The notes beneath the pieces were generated by a model. The model was not told where the DNA came from. It searched no databases and saw only the letters and a program-made list of their open reading frames with translations. Both the position numbers and the translations under genes were made by a program. Positions 23,974 through 36,612 of a stretch of DNA of 64,000 nucleotides are shown in pieces; the stretch's first letter is position 1; the number at the start of each line of letters is the position of its first letter. Source of the DNA: Somniosus microcephalus (Eukaryota). Location: the NCBI GenBank assembly GCA_052327205.1, contig CM126210.1, positions 184,264,001-184,328,000 on the forward strand. Direction: 5' to 3'.

Positions 23974-26009
23974 ATGGGGAGGTCCAGGGAGCGAGCACAT
24001 CGCTTCAGCGAGCGGGCCTTGGAGGCTATGGTTGGCGCGGTGGAGCGCAGAAGATCTATACGGTACCCAGAGAGTGGCAGGAGGCCTTTGCCACGCGAGT
24101 ACAGAAGAGTGTGGAGGAAGGTGGCTCAGAGCATCTCCTCAAGGAGCATGGTGCCCAGGACCCATATCCAATGTAGAAAAAAGTTCAACGACCTCACTCG
24201 GGTCGTCAGGGTGAGTGACTTCTTTTCAAAACCTCTCCATCTCTCCATCTCAACCTCACTCTATGGCCAGAGGGTCTTAAAAGCCCCAATGCCCAACACT
24301 CATCCAACACCTATGGCCCTTTCATCAAAGACACATGCACATTCCACATTTTGCATACAGTAAGGGCTATTCAACTATGGGATGCACATCAGGCAAGACC
24401 ATGGTTGCATACAGTAAGGGCTATTCAACTATGGGATGCACATCAGGCAAGACCATGGCTGCATACAGTAAGGGCTATTCAATTGTGGGTGGCACATCAG
24501 GCAAGACAATGGCTGCATACAGTAAGGGCTATTCAACTATGGGAGGCACATCAGGCAAGACCATGGCTGCATACAGTAAGGGCTATTCAACTATGGGAGG
24601 CACATCAGGCAAGACCATGGCTGCATACAGTAAGGGCTATTCAACTATGGGAGGCACATCAGGCAAGACCATGGCTGTATATTTACTCAGAAGCCGTCCT
24701 TTTTCTTGCAGGCCAAGCTATCTCATAATAGGAGACAGCAGCAACAGACGGCTGGAGGGCGGCCTCAGCTGCAACCCCTCAGCGATCTTGAGGTGCGCAT
24801 CCAGAGGATTGTGGCAAGCCAAGTGATTGGTCCCGTCGCCACTGGAGACGCCGACCCCGTTCTGGACAGCAATGGTAAGGTCATCACCTTTTTGTTATCT
24901 CTCCTTCCACTTGTTCCTCATAACACCAGCTTTTGACACTTTCAACCCAACTTACTAAATCGCTGCATTCATTCCTCCCTTGCTGCCACCCTGTCCTCAC
25001 GCTAAAGCCACTCTTGTATCTCCCTGCTTTCAGATGGCGATTCACCAGTTGAGGAGACGGGCCCTCAAGCTGCCAGTGGGAGTGAAGCTGCAGGCGAGGA
25101 GGAAGAGGAAGCCGGAGCATCAGCGCCACCCTCTCCCGAGGAAGCCCATGCCCACACTGGGAACACGCCTTCCCTGGAGGGCAGCAGGGGGGAAGGGTCC
25201 GATGAGGGTGGAGCTCCAGGACCCAGCGGGCTGCAGCAACGCGATAGGAGTAGGGAAGCTCAGGGGCCTTCTCCCCGGGGGGAGAGTATGCCAGCGAGTC
25301 CTACTGCACTGATGCAGAGGAGGAGCGGCTCCTCGCTGAAATGAACACCAAAGCAGTGCACAGGCACACTGAGCTCATGGGTGCAGTGGGAAGCGTGCCC
25401 GAATCAATTGAATCACTGGCAAGGAGTGTGGAGCACTTCGCAGTAGCACAGGTGGATGCCACGCAAATGCTTAGTGCTGCAATTCAGTCACTGGCTGCCA
25501 TGAGCCCATCTCTGACTGTTCTCATGCAGACTCAGATTGAGGCCACGCGAGCACTGACTGCTGCCATCCTCGCTGGTTTGGACACATTTCCCCGGGGCTC
25601 TCACCGCGCCGCAGCAGGCCAGCAATCTGTGCTCCAGCAGGTTGCTCCGGATGCTGAAGTACTGCCCTGTGGGAGTGCCAGTGTGTTGGTCGAGCAAGGA
25701 GTTGCTGTCCTCTCTCAAGATGACAGCATTCCTGCTGCCACCACTGTAACTTCTCCACTGCACTTGCCACCACCTGTAGTACAGACTGCTGCCGCCCATG
25801 CAGAGTTGGTGCAGTCTGCAGCCAGGCCCTCCAGGTCCAGAGCTGGTCGAGGCCGTCCTTCAAGGGCATCTGCAGTCTCAGGTTGTGATAATCAGCAGCC
25901 TTCCACCAGCCTTGCTGCAGCCACTGGCGTCCCATTACGGAGAAGCTGTACGGTTGGAAGGGGAGAAGTGCGCAAGGGAAGGAGATCACCCTCGAAGGGC
26001 AAAAAGTAG
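23974..26009 (+). pseudogene. H2 Myb/SANT-like gene; exons 23974-24210, 24712-24874, 25034-26009; frameshift in exon 3
   Basis: RFSERALEAMV...VWRKVA...QCRKKFNDL; GT-AG boundaries. Confidence 0.88.
24352..24675 (+). repeat. 54-bp tandem repeat x6 in Myb intron 1
   Basis: Unit tgcatacagtaagggctattcaactatgggaggcacatcaggcaagaccatggc. Confidence 0.97.
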
Positions 26010-26317
26010 GAGGTGTGACAAAATGTTGTTCATTTTTTTACTAAAGGCCAATGCTCGTGGTCAATTTTTTTTTAGTGTTTTGGACATTATCTCCAGGTTG
26101 TGAGAGCCAGTTATGTTAATGACTGTTTTTTTTTGTGTTTCTTTCTATTAGTTTGTCATGCAGAAATGACACAGAGTTTGTAAAATAAAAAAGTTTCTGT
26201 ATTCAAAATGTACATGTATGGTCTTTGGAATCATTGCTGCCTTGGCCGGCTTAGGGGTTGCGGGTTGGTTTCATTCATGTTGTTCTCAATGGCAGAAGCC
26301 ATTTCCTCAGCAGGGGC

Positions 26318-27547
26318 CTAGAAGCAGCTTGCTATCAGCCGTTGACGGACGGCCCTTCCAGTTTCAACATTGTGTGCCTCCCTCCCGCCTTGGTGCTGCT
26401 GATGGTCATCCTCCTCCTCTTCCTCCTCCTCTTCCTCCTCCTCTTCTGGTGGTGCTCCAAGGCCTGGTGGCATTGGCTGGGTCCTGAGGATTGCCAGGTT
26501 ATGCAGCATGCAGCACACAACAACGAAGTGGGAGACTCGCTCAGGCGAGTACTGCAGGGCTCCTCCAGAATGGTCCAGACAGTGGGACCGTTGCCTGAGT
26601 ACGCTGATTGTGTGCTCAACGATGTTCCTGGTAGCTTGATGGCTCTCGTTGTACTGCAGCTCAGCAGGGGTGTTGGGCGTACGGAGCAGTGTCATCAGCC
26701 AGGTGCACAGTGGATATCCCTTGTCCCCGAGAAGTCAACCACCTGGGTGATGCGGTGCCTGGAAAAGGTCTGCCACAGTAGTCTGGCGCAGGATGAATGC
26801 ATCGTGGCTGCTGCCAGGATAGTGGGCATTGACAGCAAGTATCAGCTGTCTGTGGTCACAGACCATCTGAACGTTTAAGGAATGGAAGCCCTTTCGGTTG
26901 CGGAAATCCTTGGCATTCTCATGCAGAGGACGCAAAGCCACATGCATGTAGTCAATGGCGCCCTGCACCATGGGGAAGCCCACTATCCTAGCAAAGCCCA
27001 TTGTGCGTTCTTGCTGCTTGTCCAGGGTCATGGGGAAAGAGATGTACTCTCGTCTCCTTTTATAGAGGGCATTTGTGACCTGACGGATGCAGCAATGCAC
27101 CGCGAACTGGGAGATATTGGCGATGTCCCCAGTAGCTGATTGAACTTAGCCAGTGGCATAAAAGTTCAGAGGCACTGTTATCTTCACTGTCACCGACAGA
27201 GACGTCCTGCTCCTCAGTTGAGGCTGCAGATCTGGCTGCAGCAGGTGGCAGAGCTCAGTGACCACCTCCTTGCTGAAGCGCAGCCTTCGCAAACACTGCT
27301 CCTCAGACATATTAATGTAGGAGAATTGTTGGTGAAATACCCTGGGAGGGTACGGTCTCCCGTACAGAGGCCTGTTGGCCCTCCTCCATCTGGCCATGAT
27401 TGCCACTCTCTCTCTGCATCTCTGTGCCCTCCGAATCTGATGGCACAGGACAACGCCCCCATTCATTGCAGCCCTCATAGTATCTTGGCAATCAAAGTAA
27501 TGAAGGTCAAAAACCAAAGTACCTGCAAAGTTATAGTCAGAAGCCAA
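26318..27547 (-). pseudogene. H2 HARBI1-like transposase, disrupted
   Basis: Fragments 27146..27547, 26735..27100, 26318..26695 with GAIDYMHV, GSSHDA, CCMLHN. Confidence 0.92.
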
Positions 27548-28214
27548 AACTATTTCAGACAGCGTTGACTTAATGCAGAAGTCCCTCTTTCTCTCTCTCT
27601 CAAAATCTCTCTCTCTCTCAGAACGAGTGGTGCAAAAATGTCTACCACAGAAAAAGCCAGGAAGAGGCCACCTTTAAATAGCGCCCCCCCAGCCCCACAG
27701 CGACTGTGTAGCGTTCCAGTTTACCTGTCGTTGGTAGTGCCAGGTGGAAAGGAGGGGGGCGCCACTCAATTTCCGTTCCAGGGTGCCCCATGGGCATTGC
27801 ACGCTCGAATGACGTCAAGATCTGCGTGCGCAGGAGATTGGGCGATAATGTTTAGTGCCGCCGCAAAATGTCCGGTCAATTCCATGAGAGGTGCAGATAT
27901 CACCTCGCCCGGGCGCTAGTTGCTTTGCGCCCCATTCGCGCCCTCTTAAGGCGCTAACGGGAGGCGCAAACCAACTGAATTTTTCCCCCATAGGACCCTT
28001 CCCATTTAATGTAGTTCAGTATATTATAAATGTACTGTAAATATTCCTTGCTGACCCCAAGTCACTCCCTAATATTGTTCTGAGTCCCAGAGCAGCCTGT
28101 CACTCAAATCTATTTGCCATTTTCTTCGCTGGGCTGTTACGAAGGAGTGCTGCATCCAAGCAGATGTGATCTATCTCAAGGAAGCTAAATGTGCAATCTT
28201 GCACATACACAGCA

Positions 28215-28362
28215 AGGGTAGAAATCCGTCTTGGGTGGTGGTGCAGAACAGGCAATAGTGAATCGTCAGGTCATTTTACACTCCGCCCAATGGAAAAAGA
28301 AAATTGGACAAAGTGTAAAATGGGCTGACAATCCACTATTGCTCAAGACAAATTTTTACCCC
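28215..28362. mobile_element. ~148-bp Harbinger-type MITE
   Basis: AGGGTAGAAATCCGTCTTGGG / CTCAAGACAAATTTTTACCCC inverted termini. Confidence 0.65.
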
Positions 28363-28729
28363 ACATTTGTTTAAAAATTGATGTTGCAACTTTGAATATT
28401 TTGGCCTTTCCATGCTGCCTAACATGAAAACAACATTTCTGGTCCTTTCTTTGCAGGCTTTGTGTGCAAATCCACTCAGAACCAGAAAAATGATGCCCAA
28501 CGACAGCTGGAATCACCAGTGACATCTGTTTATGTCACTGCACTTATTTTATTTCTGCTGGCAGCACAAGAATATACATTTCTTGAGGTGATACTCCATG
28601 CTTCAAGCAGAGGCAGAACCATCTTTAATGTAATGGCACTCATATAGAGGCAACTGCAGCTGGGAAGGCACGTATTCCCCTTGGTTGCTCAGGAAGTTAT
28701 AGAAGAACTCCAGTTCATAACATTGATCA

Positions 28730-30267
28730 TGCAAATTGACATGCGAAACTTCTTCCGTTGGGAGTATGTATCCAGAAATCAGAAATGGAGGTCAGCGTGC
28801 CCTGCAAGATTTTCTGTTCACAATGTAAGGAGGTGAGAGATAGGAGAGAGAGAAGAGACAATAGATAGTGGCCACCGGACACAGAAAGACAGACGTATGC
28901 AGACAGGAATAAAACCAATAGCAGGGAGAGAAAGATCTGACAAAAACAACAAAGAAATACTGAAAGGGGAGTTAAAACTGGTGAGGAATAGCCAGAGAAG
29001 AGGTTACAACCACAGCAGCTGGGTTAGTTCAGCTGGTATGTATCATGGTGCTCTTCAGCACTATGCTTTGAAATGTCTGAGGAGGAGGCCCTGGCTCTGT
29101 TATATCCAGAACTACATGGAGAAGACCATCAGGATGACATGCACTCAGAGGAGTCTTCGCTGACTGCTGCAAGGGTCATCCAAGGACAGATCCTCTTGCA
29201 AGTCTACTTCTCCGTCTAACTCAGTCTACCATGGACACCACTGCCTTCTCCTTCTCTCCCACTTGCAAATAAAGAGATATTCCCTCAACCCATTACCTAT
29301 CCTACCAAATGACAACTCGGCAGCTCTCTTCACCTTGACAGGACCAGTAATCATCGCCTGAGTGAATAATTCAGCAGCAAATGTATGACTGTTCAATAAA
29401 GCACCAGGTCAGTGCACAGTCTATTTTAATATAATATAATTGCAAAGTGCAAAGAAGCAATCACCCTACGCTTTCCTACAACTATGCTTTCCCTGGGTGC
29501 CTACATGTTCCTTTTTTTCACCTATTCAAGTGCACCTTCTGAGGCCACCTGAGGTGGTGGGCTTCTTGTGCCATATAGAAGGATAATGGGGCGGAGGTGG
29601 CCCTCATTCCTGGCATGGAACCACTCCTGGCTGAACCTCTGGACAGTGCTACTGGACAGCCTGGTCTCTCCTCCCCACGCTCCACTGGTGTCGTGCTCTG
29701 AGAGGCCTGACATGCACTGCTGTTGTGAGAGACAGCAGCATCCTGCAGCTGGGAGTCCTGGAAGGCTTGGTACTCATCATCTCTTCGCCATCATCATCAA
29801 TAAGATCGCCTTCCTCCTCCTGCGCTACCTTTTGCTCTGGTAGATCTGCAGGAAAGGAGGGTAGAAGCTAAGAATGGGGGAAGCATTGATATTAAGGGAG
29901 GGGAGGAAGGTTGTGGCTGTGTAGTGATAGGGATACCAGAGTGACAATGCAAGACACCACTGATCTCACCATCCCCCACTGCAACAGGCACCTCTCCAAG
30001 AGCTCCATTGCTTTCTCCTCAAACGGGGTGAGGTATTTATGGTCTTGCCTCTGTTGGGCATTGCACACTCATTTGTCCTGCAATAATAACTGCACCAATG
30101 GCAATGCAAATGAAGAGACCCAGGAAACCCTCAAACCCAAAAAAGATCCATGTATAAACACAAACTGCTGTCAAGGTTTGTATAAGACTGATAGCGGGAG
30201 GGATGTAAAACGGGTTGCCGATTCGCTGTCACCCGTTTTGCACTACCACACAGTCATAATCTACCTC
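28730..30267. mobile_element. Highly degenerate Harbinger remnant (H7)
   Basis: Myb exon-2-like VAVGDGEISG on minus; transposase-like N-terminal trace near 29070; TIR-like right end; left end uncertain. Confidence 0.4.
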
Positions 30268-30657
30268 ATGTTATTAACCAAACAAGTAACAGCAATAGTG
30301 GTGGAGAAAGTGATCTCTTCTTCTCACACTTTTCTATAAATGGAGTCTGTTAAATCCGTGAATCTTGATGTATGGTGTCCTTCAAGAAATAGACAGAGAC
30401 TGCAGAGGAACAATCAACAGGTGTTTACTGGATGAGGGTTACTCTAAAACTAATAGAACAGATCCCTACTCAGGGTTTATATACAGGTGTGGTCACTGCC
30501 GGTACTACAGTATGCAGGAGCTGTAAAAAGTCATTCTCCCCTTAAAGGTACATACACTACAATTCCTCCCCTTTTAGATTAACAGTGCCATAACTTTCAT
30601 TTAAACAATTAACACATTTAACATGCAACATTAACTGAAAATAGTCCATTTATAAAT

Positions 30658-33600
30658 TCAGTCTTTGGGGCGGCTTCCTGATCCTTTCTGGATAGCGCCT
30701 TGCTCTTGGTGCGGAGGCGATTCTGGCCCCCTGTCATCGGTTGGTTCATCAGCTTCCGATGCTACTGTTTCTGGGGTAGATGCTACATGTATATCGGGTT
30801 CATCACCAGGTACGCGAGACATGGGGTTGACTCGTTCCTGTGACTCTAGGATCTGGTCGACATGGCGTCTCACAATGTTCTCCCCAACATCCACTGTGTA
30901 CATTAGTGGCCCCTGCCGTGTGCATATCGTTCCTGGTTGCCATTTCTCTGTTCAGTAGTCGCGGGCCAAGACTGGTTGCCCTACATTGAAGCTCCTTGTC
31001 GGCTTCTCATTGATGTGCTGGAATTGCTTATTCTCAACATCTCTTCGTACACTTGGTCTGAGCAAATCCAGACGAGATCTCAACCTTCGGTTAAAGAACA
31101 TCCTGGCCGGGGTCTGGTTGGTGACTGCATGTGTCGCATTTCTGTAGGCTAACAGGAAATTGTCCACCTTATGCTGCAGTGGAATGTCGTCATCGCACAT
31201 GGCCCTTACTGCCTTTTTAAAGGTTTGTACAAACCTCTCAGCCAATCCATTATGGCTGGATGATACGGGGCGGATGTGTAATGCCTTACCCCATTCCTTT
31301 TCATAAATTTCCGAAACTCTTCGGACACAAACTGTGGTCCGTTATCAGAGCAAATCTTCTCTGGCAAGCCGTTCCTGGCAAATATGGTCCGTAGGACTGC
31401 AATCGTTTTCTCCGTGGTGGTGGAGGACATTTTGATCACCTCAGGCCATTTCGAGTGCGCATCCACGGCTATTAAAAACATTGAGTCCATGAATGGACCA
31501 GCAAAATCAATATGCACCCGTTGCCATGGAGAGGAGGGCCACTCCCATGGGTGTAGAGGGGCCTGTGGTGGTGCATTTTGGACCTTCTGGCATCCTGAGC
31601 AGCTCTTTGTCAGGTCATCGATTTGCTGATCGATCCCCGGCCACCACACATAAGCCCTAGCAAGGCTTTTCATTTTCACCCCTCCCAGATGGCCTTCGTG
31701 AAGCTCATTGAGCACTCTCTCCCTTAACTTGGGTGGAATTACCACTCGGGATCCACACATCAAGGTCCCCTGGCACACTGACAGCTGTTCTCTTCTGGAT
31801 GAGAATGCTGGCAACAGTGAGTCGCCATGTGTTGGCCGTCAAGTCATATACCCGAGACAGTGTCGGGTCATTTCGGGTCTCCTTCTCTATATCCACGTTA
31901 GTTACTGGCAAGCGTTCAATTATAGTCGAATAAAATATTTCGACAGGGTCCACTGCTGGTGGTTCCTCCGCCGTAGGCAGTGGCAGGCGTGATAGCCCAT
32001 CAGCGTTTCCATGCTGTTTCGTGCCCTTATACTCGATTTCATATTGGTTCGCCCCTACAAAAAGGGACCATCTTTGTAACCGTTGCGCAGTCATCACCGG
32101 AACGCCCTTCTTTGGATTAAAGATGGAGACAAGTGGTTGGTGGTCAGTCAGCAAGGTGAACTTCTGCCTGTGCAGATAGTGGTTGAACTTTTTCACTCCC
32201 CACACTGGGCTGAGGGCCTCCCTGTCAATCTGGGCGTAGTTACGCTCGGCTGAGTTTAGTGACTGAGACGCAAAGGCTACTGGCCTCTCCGAGTCGTCCG
32301 GGAATTTGTGCGACAGCACCGCTCTAATACCATAGGGTGATGCATCACACGCCAACCGAATTGGTAGTGCTGGGTTGAAATGAGCCAACACCTCTTTTGA
32401 TGTGATTAATTATTTGCACTTCTGGAAAGCTCGTTTACATTCGTCATTCCACTTCCATGGTACCCCCATTTGCAGTAGGGTGTTCAGTGGGTGTAGTACT
32501 GTAGACAAATTCGGCAAGAACTTATGGTAGTAGTTCACCAGCCCGAGGAATGACCTCAGTTGTGACACATTTTCCGGTGCTGGAGCCTTGTCTACGGCCT
32601 CAATCTTTTCAGGGACTTATGTAACCCCTCTTCATCAATAACGTGGCCACAATACGAGATCTGCTTCTGGAAAAACTCGCATTTGTGGCGATTAGCTCGT
32701 AGCCCATATTCCATCAATCTAGTGAGCACCTGCTCCAGGTTGGCGAGGTGATCACTGTCATTTTCGCCAGTGACCAGGATGTCATCCAAATAACACTGGG
32801 TCCCTGGAATCCCTTGCAGGAATTGATCCATTGCCCTTTGACAAATAGCCGGAGCTGATGCTACCCCGAACACCAGCCGGTTGTATTGTTAGAGACCTTC
32901 ATGAGTGTTGATCGTGAGGTACTATTTCGAGGCTTCTTCTACCTCCATTTGCAGGTACGCCTGGGCCAGATCAATCTTAGTGAAGCATTTTCCTCAGGAT
33001 AGCAAGGCAAAAATATCTTCAATCCGCGGAAGCGGATATTGTACCGTGTGAAGGATTGGGTTCACTGTCACCTTAAAGTCCCCACAGATGCGAACCTTCT
33101 TTGGTTCCCCAGGCGTATTACTCAACGACCTCTTCATTACAGGAACGATGGGTGTGGCCCACTCGCCCCAGTCCACTTTGGACAGTGCTCCAGAACGTTC
33201 CAAACCTTCCAGCTCTGCTTCGACAGCTGGGCGGATCTCATAAGGTACCGGTCTGGCCTTCAAAAACTTTGGGCTTGCATTTTCCTCTATTTTGATCGTC
33301 GCTGTTATGCCTTTTAGTGTTCCGAGTCCCTCCTGGAACACTTCTTGTGCATCAGTTAGCATTTTTGATAGTCGTCCAGGTGCGACGTCGTCATCCTTTT
33401 TGGCATCTACAGTCAGTGCTTGTATGGAATGCCAATCTAGCTGTATCTTCTGGATCCATTCACATCCTAGTAGTGGTGGTCCTCCATCTGGCAATACATA
33501 CAGGTCCATTTTTGGTGTTTCCTTGCCGTTATATATAACGTTCACCCTTATTTTTCCTTTGGGGTAGACTTTGTGCCCCGTGTACGTCTTCAAGACAATC

Positions 33601-34569
33601 TCTATCTCTCAAGGGTATATGTGAGAATAGCCGCTTGTAATCCCTTCGGTTTATGACTGTTAGGGCTGATCCTGTGTCCAATTCCATTTTCACTTGGACT
33701 CCGTCTATCTTGAGCGTGACCCAGATAGTTTGGTGATCCTCCATTTTGATTACATTATGTAGTTTCAGACAACCCAGCTCCTTGCTTCCGGAGTCTGTAT
33801 CACTTTTCTGTTCGTCTGAACTACTCTCCGTCACCTTATGTACCTTTTTGTACTTCTCCTGTGGAGATTTCTTGCTGCTGGTTTCCTTTCCCGACCGGCT
33901 GACTCTTGCTATGTGTCCTACTTTTCCACACTGTCTGCACACTTGGTCCTTGAACCAACAATCCTTATGGTCGTGTGTTGTTCTGCCGCAGCGATAACAC
34001 TTCACTGCTCCATATGACATTTCATTTGTGCCATATTCTTGCAGTCTCCGTTGTATCTCTGCACCGCCCCGTGCGGCTGCTTCGTGAGATACTGCCATGC
34101 TGAAAGCCTTGTCCAGCGTAAGATCCTTTTCTGATAGAAGCCGTTTCTGGGTTCCTTCACTTTGAAGCCCACACACAAACTTGTCCCTTAAAGTATCTGC
34201 TAGTCCCGTTCCAAACTGGCAGTGTTTCGATAGCTTGCGCAGTTCCGTTAAATACTCAGCATTACTTTTGTCTTTATGCTGGTTCCTTTTGTGAAACTTA
34301 AATCTTTCTGCTATCAGCAGCGGTGTGGGGTTTAAGTGGTCCTGTAGGATTGCCACTATGCTTTCAAAATCCTTTTCCACTGGCTTCTCTGGGGTTACTA
34401 GGTTTCACAGTAAGCCATACGTTTTTGCACCCATGGAATTCAACAATACCAGTGCTTTCCTGGCATCTGGCACTTCATTCGCCTTGCAGTACACTTCTAT
34501 GCGTTCTACATATGTCGCCCAATCTTCGATTTCATTGTCGAACGCTGTGACACTGCCACTCTTCGGCAT
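30658..34569 (-). pseudogene. gag-pol with multiple frameshifts and stops
   Basis: IAERFKF, LDTGSA, RICGDFK, YLDD, ACDASPYG, LHEGH..C..C, HIDFAGP, SDNGPQF. Confidence 0.94.
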
Positions 34570-34596
34570 CCCTGGGTGTGGTTAGACTGGCTATAA

Positions 34597-34775
34597 ATGG
34601 CGTCTCCCGCACTCTCCCTTCTTCTCCGCTGTGGCTCAAAATGGCGTCTCCTGCGCTCTCCCTTCTTCTCCGCTGCGGCTCAAAAATGGCGTCTCCCACG
34701 CTCTCCCTTCTTCTCCGCTGCGGCTCAAATGGCGTCTCCCACGCTTTCCTTTCTTCCCCCGCAGATGCTGCTCAG
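34597..34775 (-). repeat. ~44-bp tandem repeat (~4 copies) in the Gypsy leader
   Basis: atggcgtctccc..ctctcccttcttctccgctgcggctcaa repeated. Confidence 0.9.
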
Positions 34776-35350
34776 CCCTTGAACACCGGCCGCGCTCTGC
34801 GTGTTTTCCTGCACGCCTCTCGTTGACGCCGCTCGGTCCTGAACCCCGGCTGTGCCCTGTGCGCTTTACCCTCCCTCTCTGCTCCCGTCGACGCTGCTCG
34901 GCCTTTTCCTGTGCCGTCGGTCGGCTCTAGCCGCTGCTGTGCGGGAACGGTCTGCGCCGTACCTGTTGCCAGCCCGCCTCGCTGGAGTCTCCGTCGGATG
35001 GTCGACGCCCGTGTCTGTGGAATCGGCCTTCCTCTGCAGAGTTGCAGGTAGGTTCGAATCGCCTCGTCGCCAATGTTAAACCCGTGAATCTTGATGTATG
35101 GTGTCCTTCAAGAAATAGACAGAGACTACAGAGGAACAATCAACAGGTGTTTACTGGATGAGGGTTACTCTAAAACTAACAGTACAGCTCCCTACTCAGG
35201 GTTTATATACAGATGTGGTCACTGCCGGTACTACAGTATACGGGAGCTGTAAAAAGTAGTTCTCCCCTTAAAAGGTACATACACTACAGAGTCGACCCAA
35301 AACAATTTCATACAACGAGGCAAATGTGCCAAGAGAACTATCCAGCATTA

Positions 35351-35504
35351 GTGTGGAGATGCCGGAGTTGGACTGGGGTGGACAAATGTAAGAAGTCACA
35401 CAACACCAGGTTATAGTCCAACAGCTTTATTTGAAATCACCATGGTGTGGTGTGTCAAATAAAGCTGTTGGACTATAACCTGGTGTTGTGTGACTTCTTA
35501 CATT
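35351..35504. mobile_element. Short foldback insertion, probably Penelope-derived
   Basis: Perfect 51-bp inverted arms 35384-35434 / 35455-35505; flanking direct repeat TATCCAGCATTA. Confidence 0.75.
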
Positions 35505-36612
35505 TATCCAGCATTAAGCATTGCTGGGCTGTTTACAGTTACACGGAGCTTTTCTTAGTTACACAATGCTGTGCTTAGGTAATGGTTTTTACAGAATGTT
35601 GGCCTAGAAATTGGACAGTGCTCAAAAACGGCCGTGGGGATCACGATGCGCGATCAACTCGTGTCCTTTCCTTCCAATGCAGGCAGCATGCAAACATCAT
35701 GCTGTCTGCTAATTTAAGTCACAGTAGCGTGCAGCCCAGCACTGAAGGCGCTGCTGAGTGGCTGCACACCTCAGCAGGGGGCTCAAGTTCGTGCAAGGCT
35801 AGCACCACTTAAAGCTAGCCTGCACTACTGAAAGCCAGCTTGCACCTCTTAAAGGGGAGGTGCATTCTGGCTGCAGCAGGTGCTGGAAGTGGGTGGGGAA
35901 GACATTCTGAACAGGAAGTAGACATAGTGATGGCGCAACAGGGGAGAGAGCAGGCTCCAAGATTTTCCAACGCAGCACTGGAGGCTTTGGTGCAGGAGGT
36001 GGACAGGAGGAGAGATGTCCACAGGAGACCATGAAGCCCTCCAGACAAACTGAGAAGGCAATGGGATAAGATAGCCATCGCGGTCAATGCCAGCAGTGTA
36101 GCCCCAAGGACCTGGATGCAGTGCTGCAAGAAGGTTAATGACCTCACACGAGTGGTCATGGTCAGTGAATTCATCTTCAAATGCCATATCCTTACAACTG
36201 AACCTCTAGGCTCAGACGCTGCTCAAATCACCACACCCCCCTTCACTCACCTACCAACAATCTCTATCAATCACGGCTCATACCTCACACTCATAGCTTC
36301 ATCTCACCCTCACATGCTTAGCACTGCTGCAAGCCTCATACCCACATCTCACAGCTTGCATACACTGGCAGCTATTCAACCATGACAGGCACATCACCTA
36401 AACACATTGAACCACACTCACTGATACACTTCCCTCACTCTTGCAGGACAATTTGGATACAAACTAATGCACCCATGTCTGGGAGCAACTGGTCTGAGCA
36501 GAAGCCTTGAAGTAAACTCCCACACCACTCCCTAGCGACTTCAGCAACTTCAAACAAGATAAAATACCAGTAGAAATCAATCAGCAACTAACCTGAAAGT
36601 AGTTGATGATCC

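Larger units (their letters stand above)
23615..27989. mobile_element. Harbinger transposon H2
   Basis: TIRs GGAGGAAAAATTCAGT / ACTGAATTTTTCCCCC; TSD ATA/ATA; convergent genes. Confidence 0.94.
30348..35288 (-). mobile_element. Full-length Ty3/Gypsy LTR retrotransposon, Mag-like
   Basis: LTRs 30348-30561 and 35074-35288; TSD GAGTC/GAGTC; PBS TGGCGACGAGG; PPT AAAGGGGGAGGAA; two CCHC-type knuckles. Confidence 0.96.

Noticed and set aside
24352-24675. CRISPR-like array
   Set aside because: Units are head-to-tail with no unique spacers and no cas genes; eukaryotic context
24335-24826. 163-aa and 125-aa repeat proteins
   Set aside because: Open frames arise from a 54-bp unit inside a GT-AG intron whose flanking exons join in frame
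28457-28587. Possible plus-strand exon
   Set aside because: Good acceptor but weak donor and unrecognised peptide
35043-35073. tRNA gene
   Set aside because: Only the T-loop and acceptor 3' end are present; explained as a PBS
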